64,000 bases of DNA, taken from assembly GCF_006345805.1 (NCBI RefSeq), contig NC_043000.1:108128001-108192000 (forward strand), in the 5' to 3' direction. This stretch comes from Octopus sinensis. Taxonomy: Eukaryota. A program made the position numbers and the translations under genes. Below the pieces are notes generated by a model that was not told the DNA's origin, ran no database searches, and saw nothing but the letters and a program-made list of their open reading frames with translations. Shown here piece after piece: positions 1 through 11,784 of the stretch (its first letter is position 1; each line of letters opens with the position of its first letter).

Positions 1-740
1 ATAACGGCTACTGTAAGACGGTCTAGAATTGCTGTGCAATGAATTGTAATTCTACGTCATCAGGATCGACAACCGATAGACCTCGTAAAACTTCACCAAG
101 TCAGGATCATATGCTTAGAACATCACTGAAGGATAGGTTAAAGAGTGCTGTTGAGATATTCCGATTGCGGGATGTACGTCCGACGAGGAAGTGGTGAAAG
201 ATTACCTCGTGCACGTGTGAGGAAAACAGTGAAATATGGAGAAGGTAGTGTAATGGTGTGGGGAATGATCTCTGCTGCTGGTCCTGGTCCACTTATTCGA
301 CTAGAAGGGACTGTTATTGCTGAAATCTACAAGCATGCCTTTCCACATCTCCGTTCCTCGTCAGCTTAATCTCCTATTTTCGTGCAGGACAACGCTCCCT
401 GTCACATTGCGAAGAGAGCTAAATATTTTTTGAGTGATGAAGGGGTTGATCGCATGAAATGGCCACCTCAAAGTTCCGATGTCAACCCTATAGAAAACGT
501 TTGGAAGATTCTTGGAGATGGAGCGCGAAGGAGAAATCCGAAGAACCACGATAAACTCTGAGAATTACTGAAAAACGAATGGAACAATATTACTTCATCA
601 TTTTACAAGAAATTAATTCAGTCCTGTGGTAACAGATGCCAGGAAGTCATTGATAGTAAAGGGACGTTAAGAAAATATTAATAGTAATGTTTTCTTTTTT
701 GTTTGTGTTCCAATTTTCATTGTTTTTTCAAGGGACACTT
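1..740 (+). mobile_element. Tc1-family DNA transposon relic (internally deleted transposase pseudogene)
   Basis: Translates to DRPRKTS...DRLKSA (HTH region), RKTVKYGEGSVMVWGMIS, QDNAPCH and WPPQSSDVNPIENVW, the Tc1 DDE motifs; frameshifts and stops present. Confidence 0.88.
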
Positions 741-744
741 AACA

Positions 745-1799
745 TTTGGCATGATGAATGCAAGATGCTTTATATTGGAGCTTTGTAACATTTTTGCCTT
801 GAGTTTGCTCTATTTTATTACCAATCATATGTGGTTGCCAGCCTGGCTCTCCATATAGAAAGAACAATACATACATCATTGTGTCGAGGTCGGGGCTAAG
901 AATGTTCAGATTGATAGCAGGGACTTCATTGTTTCTTGGGCAAGCCTTGAAATCTCTGTCGAATGGTGGCTAGCCGTCAGTATTGATGAAGACCATAGCT
1001 ATTTCATTAACTGTTAGTAAATTGTATTTCCGTCTATCAACAGTGCGATCCATCTTGAAGGCTAAATTTACGACAGACATAGCTTCTGTGTCTTGTTGGG
1101 CATGCTGCTCCTCATGCAATTAATGTCCTGTAAGATGCAGCATGGACATTGTTCTCTCTGATAACCTCACCCAATATGGCAACACCTCAGGTATACTTCT
1201 TTCATTTTCTGCATTCTAAGCCCGCATTTAAGTTGGACTTGAACGCCGTCAACAGCATACACTTGCGCAAATTGCTTCTGTTGGCCCTCAACAGGATGCC
1301 TGTTCGAAGTCCTATGATAAACTTGTCCGTGCACTCTGAAGCAAAATGGGCCTCGTCCTTGTGGTTCATCAATGTGAGCGCCCGTAGATGCGAATGACAG
1401 AGCAGACTTGTGTGGTCTTATGTTTTATTTGAAGTTAACATCATGTGGATGTTGAGGGTCTAACAACAGAGATCGAAAATATGGAGGAAATTCTCTTTTA
1501 ATTGGAGGCAGGACTTACCCTTTATGGCAGCAAATTACCCGTCTGATGGTCGCTCTGAAGAAAAATGTGTGGATCTACAAAATAGACACAATGTGTTCAT
1601 ATCACCACAGTTATAAACCGGAACAATATTTTCATTATATATATGATTATTTACTAAATTTACATGATTTCCAACTTTTCGCACTTCGCTCCGTTCGATT
1701 ATTTCTTCGTTCATCCGTTTCAGTATTAATTAATTCTTTCATTCTCCTCATTCGCCCTCAGCGCACATTTGCTTCTTCTTCAGTTTCATTCTCTAGTCT

Positions 1800-1834
<35 letters not shown>

Positions 1835-2250
1835 TCTCTCTATTTCCCTTTCACTCTCTCTCTCTCTCTTAGAACCTCTCTCCTCTCTGATGCTTGCTCT
1901 TCCGGTTCACCGTGGTGCGTTTGCGATGTTCTCCCTCTTTCGATTTCTCTCCTTTGTGCTGATTGCTCTTCCGTTTCATCTTGTCGCCTTTGCGATGCTC
2001 TCATTCTTAGAACTTCTCTCCTCTCTGCTGCCTGCTCTTCCGTTTCATCTTGATGCCTTTATGAAGCTCTTATTCTTAGGTCTTCCCTCCTCTCTGCTGC
2101 TTGCTGGTCTGTTTCATCTTGGCGCTTTTGTGCTGCGCTCTGTCTTTGGATATTTCTCCTTTGTGCAATGAAGTTCTCCTTTTCATTTTGACGTCTTCGG
2201 GCCTGTCGTCTTGCATCTTGTGCTCTTCTTTCGTCTCACTTCTTGTAATT
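745..2250 (-). mobile_element. Helitron RepHel N-terminal relic (23-aa repeats, zinc-finger region, Helitron-like N domain)
   Basis: Minus-strand translation gives NCGDMNTLCLFC...CCHKG, NIRPHKSALSFASTGA, GRGPFCFRVHGQVYHR, RRKYNLLTVNEIAMVF, DTMMYVLFFLYGEPGW; several in-frame stops. Confidence 0.85.
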
Positions 2251-2778
2251 GATGTAATAATATAATTTTAATCTTCTTTCGTCCAGTTCTTTCTGAATGA
2301 GACTGGCTGTTCTTCGCCTTTGAAAGAGTATCAATGAATGGATAACAAACACTATACCGTAAATAAGTTATGAGAGTACGGATGACTGAAAGTATCAATG
2401 AACTGATAACAAACACTATATAGGGAAAATATACACACACTGGAACCAAAATATTAGAGCAAATGAGCTTCGTAAAATGCAAACAAAACTTTTCGCCTAT
2501 GAAATAATTCCTGTGAGTGTCTACTAACCCTGTTATATAGGGAAGCCTCTGCAGGCATATATAGTGACGACGCTGGCTTTGCCACTTCCTCTCTCTCATT
2601 GCTATTATTTTCTCTCATTCCCTCTCAGTCATGGCTGTTACTCTAACTACTTCTTCACTGATTTACTCTTTTTCTCTCCTTCTTCTCTCCTAATACTCTT
2701 TCTCTCAATGCGTGATTGATTTTGGACAAATATATACACAAATATATAAAAGCACTACGCTCATTATCCTATTAGAAG

Positions 2779-2809
<31 letters not shown>

Positions 2810-2996
2810 TATATTTATACATACATGTATATAAACTTAGATAAACTTAGATATATTTCGACCAAAGATTGGTCCAGGCCATGTCTAACTTAATAGCACC
2901 ACCTGATGCTATATATATATGTATATATATATATATTATATATATATATATATATAATATATATATATATATATTATATATATATATATATATATG

Positions 2997-3056
<60 letters not shown>

Positions 3057-3060
3057 ATAT

Positions 3061-3092
<32 letters not shown>

Positions 3093-3126
3093 CCATATAT
3101 GTCTGTGTGCGCGCGTGTGTGTGCAT

Positions 3127-3335
3127 AGGCGCAAGTGTGGGTGTATTATTAAGAAAGCGCTTTGCAACCATATGATTTCTGGTTCAGTCCTACTGCACAG
3201 TATCGCGGAGAAATGTGTTTCATCATAGCTCCAGCATTGTGAGTTATTTGGTAGATGATTTGTTTGACTAAAACACCTCAAGTGTGTGCCCCAAGTTGGT
3301 CACTGTCGAATGAGTGAAGCAAGTTAAAAGTTAAA
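3127..3335 (+). mobile_element. tRNA-derived SINE family A, decayed internally deleted copy
   Basis: Head aggcgca...gttcagtcc and tail gactaaaacacctcaag...gaagcaagttaaaag align by eye with better copies at 29.6, 37.6 and 49.9 kb. Confidence 0.6.
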
Positions 3336-4333
3336 AATAAAAGATATTTATCTATATTATTCTCTGTATCTGAAGAATTAATCACATATCTGATATACAT
3401 TCTAGAAATGGTATAATGGTACAAGATTTGCTACTTATTACATTACGATGCCATATCTTAGAGATAGTATAAATGAAATATCTAAATTACTTAGGTTTAC
3501 TACAGAATTTCAGACAGTGTTCTTACATTACCAACGTCCTTTGTGAACTACAGGACCCTGGTTCTATATCGTAGTTTGAATTTTATGCAATAATTCGTAG
3601 CTGATGGTATTGGGTCTCTGAGAATACATACCTGTCACATCCACACACAAAAAAAAAACATCTCAAGTCACATTGCGGACGAGCATGGATAAGTAAGCTC
3701 AAGCATGAAATTAACATTAATATAATGGAAATCATTTTGTGCTTCTTTTGTCAATAGACCTACTATTGTGGGAAATGAATCGAAACACATGTTAAATTAA
3801 TATTAATGTTTACAATCATTTGCTAATTATTTTCAGTGACAAATAATTAGGTGTATGTCTGTAACCACAAACTATTCGAAAATTAATATCCGAACAGGAA
3901 ATGCAAGATCACTAAACTAGGTCCAAGATTTAGTTTACAAATTCTCATAGCTGACCTTTCGAAATAAGTTCGTCATCTTCGTCATTTGTCTACAAAGCAG
4001 AAGAAATATTATGTCATCACAAAAGGTATAAAAGGAAAAAAGTACATCATTAGGTTGTCATCTATGCATCATTAGAGAATATATAAGTGTAATCTGAAAA
4101 GATAAAATAATGATCAGCGTCCTATTATCATGAACTTTTATGCACATTATTCAGAGAAACTATATTTACTTTCCTCTGTACACCATCAAAGATATCTCTA
4201 CATAGTCAATGGCTTTAGAATTTTCAATTTCTATGACACTAATTATACGATGCATATATCAAACAGTGTAATCTGTCTTGCTCTCCATTCATCCGTCTGC
4301 CTGTCTGTCTATATGTCTATTTATCTATCTGTT

Positions 4334-4417
<84 letters not shown>

Positions 4418-5019
4418 GTGTCTGTCTCTGTCTCTCTCTTTCTCTCTATCCGTGTGTACATATATATATCTATCTATCTATCTATCTATATATATATATA
4501 TAATATATATATATTATAGCCATCTATCTACCTCCCCGCTACATCTATCCTTCCTTCATCCCTCCCTCCCTCCCTCCCTCCATCCATCCATCCATCTACT
4601 TATCTATCTGTCTTCCGGGATTTCTGTTTACCCCAATATTTCTCGTTGTATTTTTCATCTATGTTCATTTTTGTAAATCGGCTTTATTTCTGTTTTTAAG
4701 TGCATTTTTGCTTATATCTTACAACATAAATCTCTTTTTCTCTACCTTTCATTCTCTGCTTTACATGTATTATTATTCTATCAATTTCATTATGCTGCAA
4801 TTTTTGCAATGATTCTGATGTGTGTGTGTGTGTTTGTGTATGTTTGACCGAACACACACACACACACACACGCACACACACACACACACATACACACATA
4901 TATATATACACTCATATGTTTGTAATATGTAAGTATGTGTGTACATGTGGAAACGTGAGCCATGTGTACTTGCTCGGATACACATAAACACACGTATATG
5001 TATATATATATATATATAT

Positions 5020-5051
<32 letters not shown>

Positions 5052-5389
5052 AATTGACCTAATAAAGATTCAGTAGTATTACCTGGATTCTTAGACATCT
5101 TCCGATAAAAACGTGATTCATGAAATATATATGGAATGTATTTATGCATGATCCCATTTGCTATACAACGGATACCGATATTTCTTCGAGGTATGAGAAC
5201 CGAATAAATCGTACGTATTTAAATTACATCAGATTATTTTCGGTGATCAACTTTTTAATAGTTAATTTTTGTTTTCTGTTCAACGGTCAGACGCCGATTG
5301 TGTATTACTGTCTTTCTCAAGTCAGTTATCAAAATTAAAATAAAAAAAAACTGACTTTCTTTCGTGTATTCATTCACACCCTTTCACAG

Positions 5390-5806
5390 CAGGACTGGAT
5401 TAAGACCCATAGAGATGCCCTTAAGTACTTAAAATATTTCAGTGCCCCCATGTATATGTATTTCAAAATATAAACAGGTGTAAACCATAAAATTAATTTT
5501 TATTTTTCAAGATGAAACAAAACTAACAGTAAGATGGAAAATGATATTTATTTTTGTATACTTCCATTTTATTCATAGTTGAAAAATATTCTACTTTCGT
5601 TCTTAATTGCAAAGTCTTTGGTCGGGTCCTCACCACGACACCATTAACTCTATAATATAAAACATATAAAACTTCGAATATTATTTTAGCAAGTTGAAAA
5701 TGATTTCTTAACTTTAAGCCAAAACCATTTACTGTTTTAGTGGTGCCCTCCTTCTCTTAATGCCCTAAGCTAGTGCTTATTTTGCCTAATGGTTAATCTA
5801 GCCCTG
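5390..5806. mobile_element. hAT-type MITE
   Basis: TIRs caggactggattaa / ttaatctagccctg; flanking 8-mers tttcacag and cttcacac (6/8 match) fit a decayed 8-bp TSD. Confidence 0.65.
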
Positions 5807-6024
5807 CTTCACACTTATTCTTTCCTCTTCCTATCAATCAGCTATTCGTCCACTCAGTTATCACCGTCACCGCTTTTGAGTTCTAGACAGTTTTAATCAT
5901 AAATGTTTGTTTTCCAAAACCTCGGATCAAATCTTACACGTAGTTTTATATTCCATCCTAAATCATTTCTCCTAAACATATTTCCGTTAGTTGTAATTCC
6001 CTTTCAAAATTAACATCAAGAAAC

Positions 6025-6203
6025 ATCCGGTTTCAGTCCAACTGCGTGGCACCTCGGTTAAGTGTCATCCACTATAACTTCGTGATGAACAAAGTCTACC
6101 AAAACTACTTGAAAGTAATTTTGGTAGACAGAAACTGAAACAGACCCGTCATATATATATATATGTGTGTGTGTTTGTGTATGTGTGTTCGAACACACGC
6201 ACG

Positions 6204-6252
<49 letters not shown>

Positions 6253-6319
6253 CTGAATCACGTTTTTATCGGAATATATCAAAGAATAGAGGTAATACTA
6301 CTAAATCTTTATCAAGTCA

Positions 6320-6379
<60 letters not shown>

Positions 6380-6574
6380 ATATACGTGTGTTTATGTGTA
6401 TGCGCGCAAGTACTTAATTCCTTGTAAGTTTGGATTTTATTCCCTCAAATAATATATATATATATAATATATATATATGTATATATATTATATATATATA
6501 TATGTGTGTGTGTGTATATATATATGTATATATATATATGTATATATATATATGTGTGTGTGTATATATATATG

Positions 6575-6608
<34 letters not shown>

Positions 6609-6648
6609 TGTGTGTGTATATATATATATGTATATATATATGTATATA

Positions 6649-6686
<38 letters not shown>

Positions 6687-6702
6687 GTATATATATATAT
6701 GT

Positions 6703-6767
<65 letters not shown>

Positions 6768-7040
6768 ATATATATATATATATGTATATATATACATACA
6801 TATATATATACATATATATATATATGCCCATGTGTGTGTTTCTTTATGTCTGTGTTTGACTCCTACCTCCATTTGGTCTTTTTACGCCAACGAAAGTTGG
6901 CAGTTTGCCATTAGACACCGATAGAATAAGTACCAGGCTTTTAAAAAATAAATACTAGCGTTGATTTGTTCGACTAAACTCTTCAAGGCTTTGTTGCAGC
7001 GTGACGGCGGTCCAATGACTGAGAAAATTAAGAGATAAAA
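6025..7040 (+). mobile_element. SINE family A, split by an expanded internal microsatellite and an inserted repeat
   Basis: Head/body 6025-6155 (gtttcagtcc...ggcacc...ggtagacagaaactgaaa) and tail ~6900-7040 (gatagaataagtaccaggct...atgactga). Confidence 0.65.
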
Positions 7041-7968
7041 AGGGACTAAAGATGTTTCTCATTCATCACTGTTGACCTCTTAATCTATGCATCCTCACCG
7101 TGTAGAATGAAAGGTGACCCTTTTCTTCAAGTACAAGCATTTAAAAAATAATTTGATTTACGATAGCATTTTCTTCAGAGAAGTGCTGGCATTTTAGACG
7201 TTACCTAAGACATTCGGTCCACTATAAATCTGACATATCAAAGAAAGATTTCCAAAGACGCAAGATGCTATTGCCTCCAACTCGAAAGTTGACTGATAAA
7301 CGTGTTAGATTATTTCCAGCCATTAGTGTCTTGTCTTTTATATAAACAGACATAAATATGTAATTCCATTTCATGTACGTTTACTGATTCACATAGTTTA
7401 ATGGGTAAAAGTACGAGAAAAGCTAAATATGATTCCAACTGAATGAAGTATAAAATCAAAATTGCCGTCATAGAAGTTTACTTATTGTACAAAATGTTGT
7501 CAATGGCAACAACATTGAAATAAGCCTAAGCAAAATTAGAATTTTTTTACATACTACAAACTAATGGACCACTTCTGATGTCGACATGAACGTAATAATT
7601 TATACTTAAAAACCTTTTCTACTTTCGTATAAGAATATTTCTCCTGACAAGAACAGAAAACATCACATAAAGACATAAGGCTAGTACTCATTATCATACG
7701 CTTTCTATACTAAATCTAGTATTTTGTACTTTATTATTGGTTTCAATCAGTGGACTTCGTTCATGCATGGCTACCGGCTTTTAATAATTTTACTTCGTCA
7801 TATCAACATTAACGTTTGTTTCCCTTTGACACTTCGTCGTTTTCTATTTGTTGTAACGCTAATGTTAAACTTTTCTTAAATCACTTTCAAAAGCCCAGCA
7901 GGGAAATAGTCACAGGTCCTGATATACACCATACGTATGCACACGCACACACATAGTACCCCACACCC

Positions 7969-8024
<56 letters not shown>

Positions 8025-8400
8025 ATATACATTTTTAGAATGAGATAAAAATCCAAGGCTGTGAAATATTTTAGAACATTTATAAATTGAAGGTCTTATA
8101 GCTGTTTCCAGGAAATTTGTATATCCCTTCATCGGAGACGGTGTGGGAAAATAGTTAAGCAATAGTCATTTTAGATAAGATATGAAATAGAGAGTGAAGT
8201 GGAGGAATGAAAATAGAGATATGCAGGGATATTGTACCTGTAGATCCATTATTTAGGCAGAATGGCATACATATAAGATTCCAATATCTTGTGAGTAAGT
8301 TCCAATAGTATTCCAATAGTATTTAAAATTGAACATTCCAAGTTTGTACACAGTGTTATTGAATCGAGGGTTTTATTTAAAGTGACTTGAAAGTTGGGAA
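8025..8400 (-). mobile_element. Penelope-like pseudo-LTR relic with hammerhead motif (same family as 39290-39655)
   Basis: Clear homology to 39290-39655; contains a minus-strand hammerhead-like core at 8093-8139. Confidence 0.55.
8093..8139 (-). ncRNA. Type I hammerhead ribozyme-like motif, decayed
   Basis: Reverse complement: gtct CCGATGA a gggatat-acaa-atttcct g GAAAC agct ATA agac. Stem I gtct/agac; the GTA triplet is mutated to ATA. Confidence 0.5.
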
Positions 8401-8596
8401 TGTATCTGTAAGGTCAAATCGAAAACAGGAAGAGAGGAATAAAGAACAGAAAAAAAAGAAAAGTGGGGAGAGAGATAATAAAGTGAAGAAATGGAAAGTG
8501 TACTGGTTAGTGGTCAGTCAAGATAAACTGATAGAAGGAATGAGGAGGTGAAGGTGATAGAGGGAAAAATAAATACATATATATATAGAGAGAAAG

Positions 8597-8687
<91 letters not shown>

Positions 8688-8763
8688 GTGTGTGTGTGTG
8701 TGACCGCGTCTGTACCGTTGGCGATATTTTCCTCCATCTTCCCTTCCTTGGATCTTTCCTTTT

Positions 8764-8890
8764 CTGACGAAGAGCTCCGCTCGCAACGTTAAGTTCTCCT
8801 TCTTTCTTTCCTTTCCTGAGCGTCCAATAACACTATACTTGTTCCACGTCCTCGCGTTGATGTGGTTTCTCTTTGTGTTTTCATGTTTGG
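8764..8890 (+). mobile_element. Short pseudo-LTR-like repeat with inactivated minimal hammerhead
   Basis: CTGACGA a gagc-tcc-gctc GCAAC gtt: GAAAC is mutated to GCAAC. Related to copies at 25.2, 52.7 and 59.4 kb. Confidence 0.45.
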
Positions 8891-8947
8891 ATTAACTATA
8901 TATATATATATATACATACACCAACATTTTATGAGGGGAATTGTATA

Positions 8948-8966
8948 GATGGTTAAAATACAGAAG

Positions 8967-8997
<31 letters not shown>

Positions 8998-9973
8998 ATA
9001 CGTTTAAATATTTGTTGTGCAAGATTTTTTATGTGAAGTCGTGTGTTGAAACAGATATTGTTATATTTCGAAATGGTCATATTGCCAGTTTAGCCAATAA
9101 AAACACACGCACTATATATTTGGTTAAAGAGACACGTACAATATTTCATTCACCGCATGTAGTTCTCATGTTACAGCCATAAAGAAAGGATCAGAGTATA
9201 CAAAGGAGCCATGAAGAAATTTGAAAATATATTATGTAATGATAGGAATGCGATTTGCCCACTCTATAGGAACAAGTCATGGAACACTATAGAAAGGACA
9301 AAAAAGAAAATAGGGAAGGCCAACTCTTTGTATGATAGCCATAAATACCAGAGTGTCATGTTCGTTGACACCACCCCTGGAGGTGAACTGGCGTACCGCT
9401 TTAGAAGGACCCCAGACAAACTTAAGCTAAGAATTAAGGTTGTTGAAAAGCAAGGCAACCCTATCAAATCTATAATTGGTAGAACCTATCCTTTTAGTAG
9501 AACCCTCTGTACGGATAAGTACTGTACTGTATGTAGATTTAGCCCACAAACAAACTGTAAAGCCAGAAATGTAGTCTATTAGTCTATAGTATAAGATGTA
9601 TAGAGGGACGATGCAGTAACAAGACAACGACATACGTAGGGGAAACGGCAAGAATCATAGGAGAGCAGGTAAATGAGCATTGGAGACAACTCAAGGAAAG
9701 TAAAAGCTCATCGATTCTGTACCAACACGCCGAACAGGAACACGGGGGATCAATCAATAACATAGAAATTAACATATTATCCACACATAGATCAGATGCA
9801 ACAATTAGACAAATTACAGAAGCTACACACATAATAGAAAATAAACCTAGCCTGAATAGAAAAATAGAATGGAGCACTAACACACACAACAACATATGAC
9901 GATGGAGGATCCTGAAAACATAATAAATACACAGATAAATAAACTAATAGAAATGAATAACTATATATATATA

Positions 9974-10006
<33 letters not shown>

Positions 10007-10494
10007 CTTTTCTTTTCCGAGTCGATTTATTGTTATTATAACTAGTATTGTTGTTATACATACATACAAACTTACAAGCATATGTAATGATAATAATAAG
10101 TGGATGTAAACACAAGAACAAAATAAGAATAAACAAAAACAACAAAAACAAAATACAAATTACATGAACATATATAAACAGAAGATACAAATATTACAGG
10201 CATCCCCCCCACACACACACACACTAAATAAACATAGACACACATAGAGATATAAGCATGCGCAAATGAAGACATACAATAGAAATACAAAATGGCTGAC
10301 GGTTACTAAGGAAAAATAAGTAAGAAGAAAACAAAGGACCACTGGTGCGGTCACAGGAGTGTGAGTAAAGAACTCTGGCCGAAATAAGATTAAGAATGAT
10401 GTAAAAAATAAATAACACTGAAGCAAAATAACACCAAATATATAGTGCGTGTGTTTTTATTGGCTAAACTGGCAATATGACCATTCTGAAATAT

Positions 10495-10536
<42 letters not shown>

Positions 10537-10555
10537 CTTCTGTATTTTTACCGTC
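8948..10555 (+). mobile_element. Penelope-like retroelement, 5'-truncated, with inverted terminal copy
   Basis: 9211-9895 encodes the Cys-rich linker (CTDKYCTVC...NCKARNVVY) and GIY-YIG endonuclease (YVGETARIIGEQVNEH...RQITEATHIIENKPSLN) across a frameshift. 8948-9124 is an inverted copy of 10433-10555. Confidence 0.85.
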
Positions 10556-11784
10556 TAATCCCACGCATAAAGTTCATCTAAGGTTCATCTAGTAGAGTAG
10601 GAGACAATTTCCTAAAATATTACTGGGGGACACCAACTCTAGAAATATGATCAGGAAGTGGAATTATCGTATCTTTTTCAATCTTAATACATTCCTAAAT
10701 TCTGTAGATTGGAAGGTGTATAGCTCTTCGCCTCCGTGTGTGTTTCACAAACAGGAAAAATATTCCGTTCCTTTAGATGATGCGTATTCATAAACACACC
10801 AATCAAGTGTTCAAGTTTGAATCTGCCGTAACGTACTAAGGATGAATAGATGCGTTACAATTATTTTAATATACGATTATCTACGACAGAATGGCTTGTG
10901 GACATCCAGCTTTCTCTAATTTCTGAAATAAATTTAGCAGAAAATCAGAACAAGGAAACCGATTATCACAGTTCTGTATGCACCACATGAATTATAAAAA
11001 ATTTTATTATTTCTTTTTTAATGTTTCTGGGCTTACTACGGATTAGAAAAAACATGAAATCAGTTATACGAAAATCTAATTGGAAAGAAATATTTTTATG
11101 AACAAAAATTCATATCAGCCAAGTTTTATTCATACTTTGCGAACTATGACACTTTGTTGCGGAAATTTCATTCACATTTTTGCCACATTATGAAACGAAA
11201 GATTCTTCCGCGTGGCTTCTTTGAATATTTTGAAATCACGTGGATCTGTTGCTAAAACCAGTTTTAGAATGGTTTACGAAATCCATCAGATTTAGGTATT
11301 TATTTCTTTTTCACTATATACAAAAGGCTCTACTTATAACACAATCAAGGTTACAATAAATGAATCACTGTTCAATCACGTGAGACTACTACTTTCATTC
11401 CTTGCACTGATACAGCCTCACAATTTTATTTGGGATGTAGTTATTATTTATTAACTCCAGTTCAGACATCACGGAAGAGTTATGTGATGAAAGCCTCGAA
11501 ACAGTTCCGTCTAGTTCTTTATCAGGCAGTTAACTAGGTTATGCAATCTGTGTTTTCGTTTCTTATGGTAAGACAATAGAATAAGAGAAATTTGGTTGGT
11601 ATTTTCTGAAGGCGGTCACCCACGTAGTGTCTGCGTCGTTGCTGAATTATACACGGGAGTGATTGTTAAGTAAATTGATTCCAAAGAATTGTTGACTCTT
11701 GCCTTTTTTTAACTTGGAGAGAGATTCTCAACGTAAACGACACAGTGTGTATGTATGTAGGTAGGTAGGTAGGTAGGTATGTGT

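Noticed and set aside
10335-10400. Hammerhead-like ctggtgc-ggtca...tggcc-gaaa downstream of the Penelope ORF
   Set aside because: Plausible relic by position, but it has two core changes and no stem I.
11465-11515. tgatgaaagcctcgaaacag motif
   Set aside because: Stem II does not form; likely chance or too decayed.
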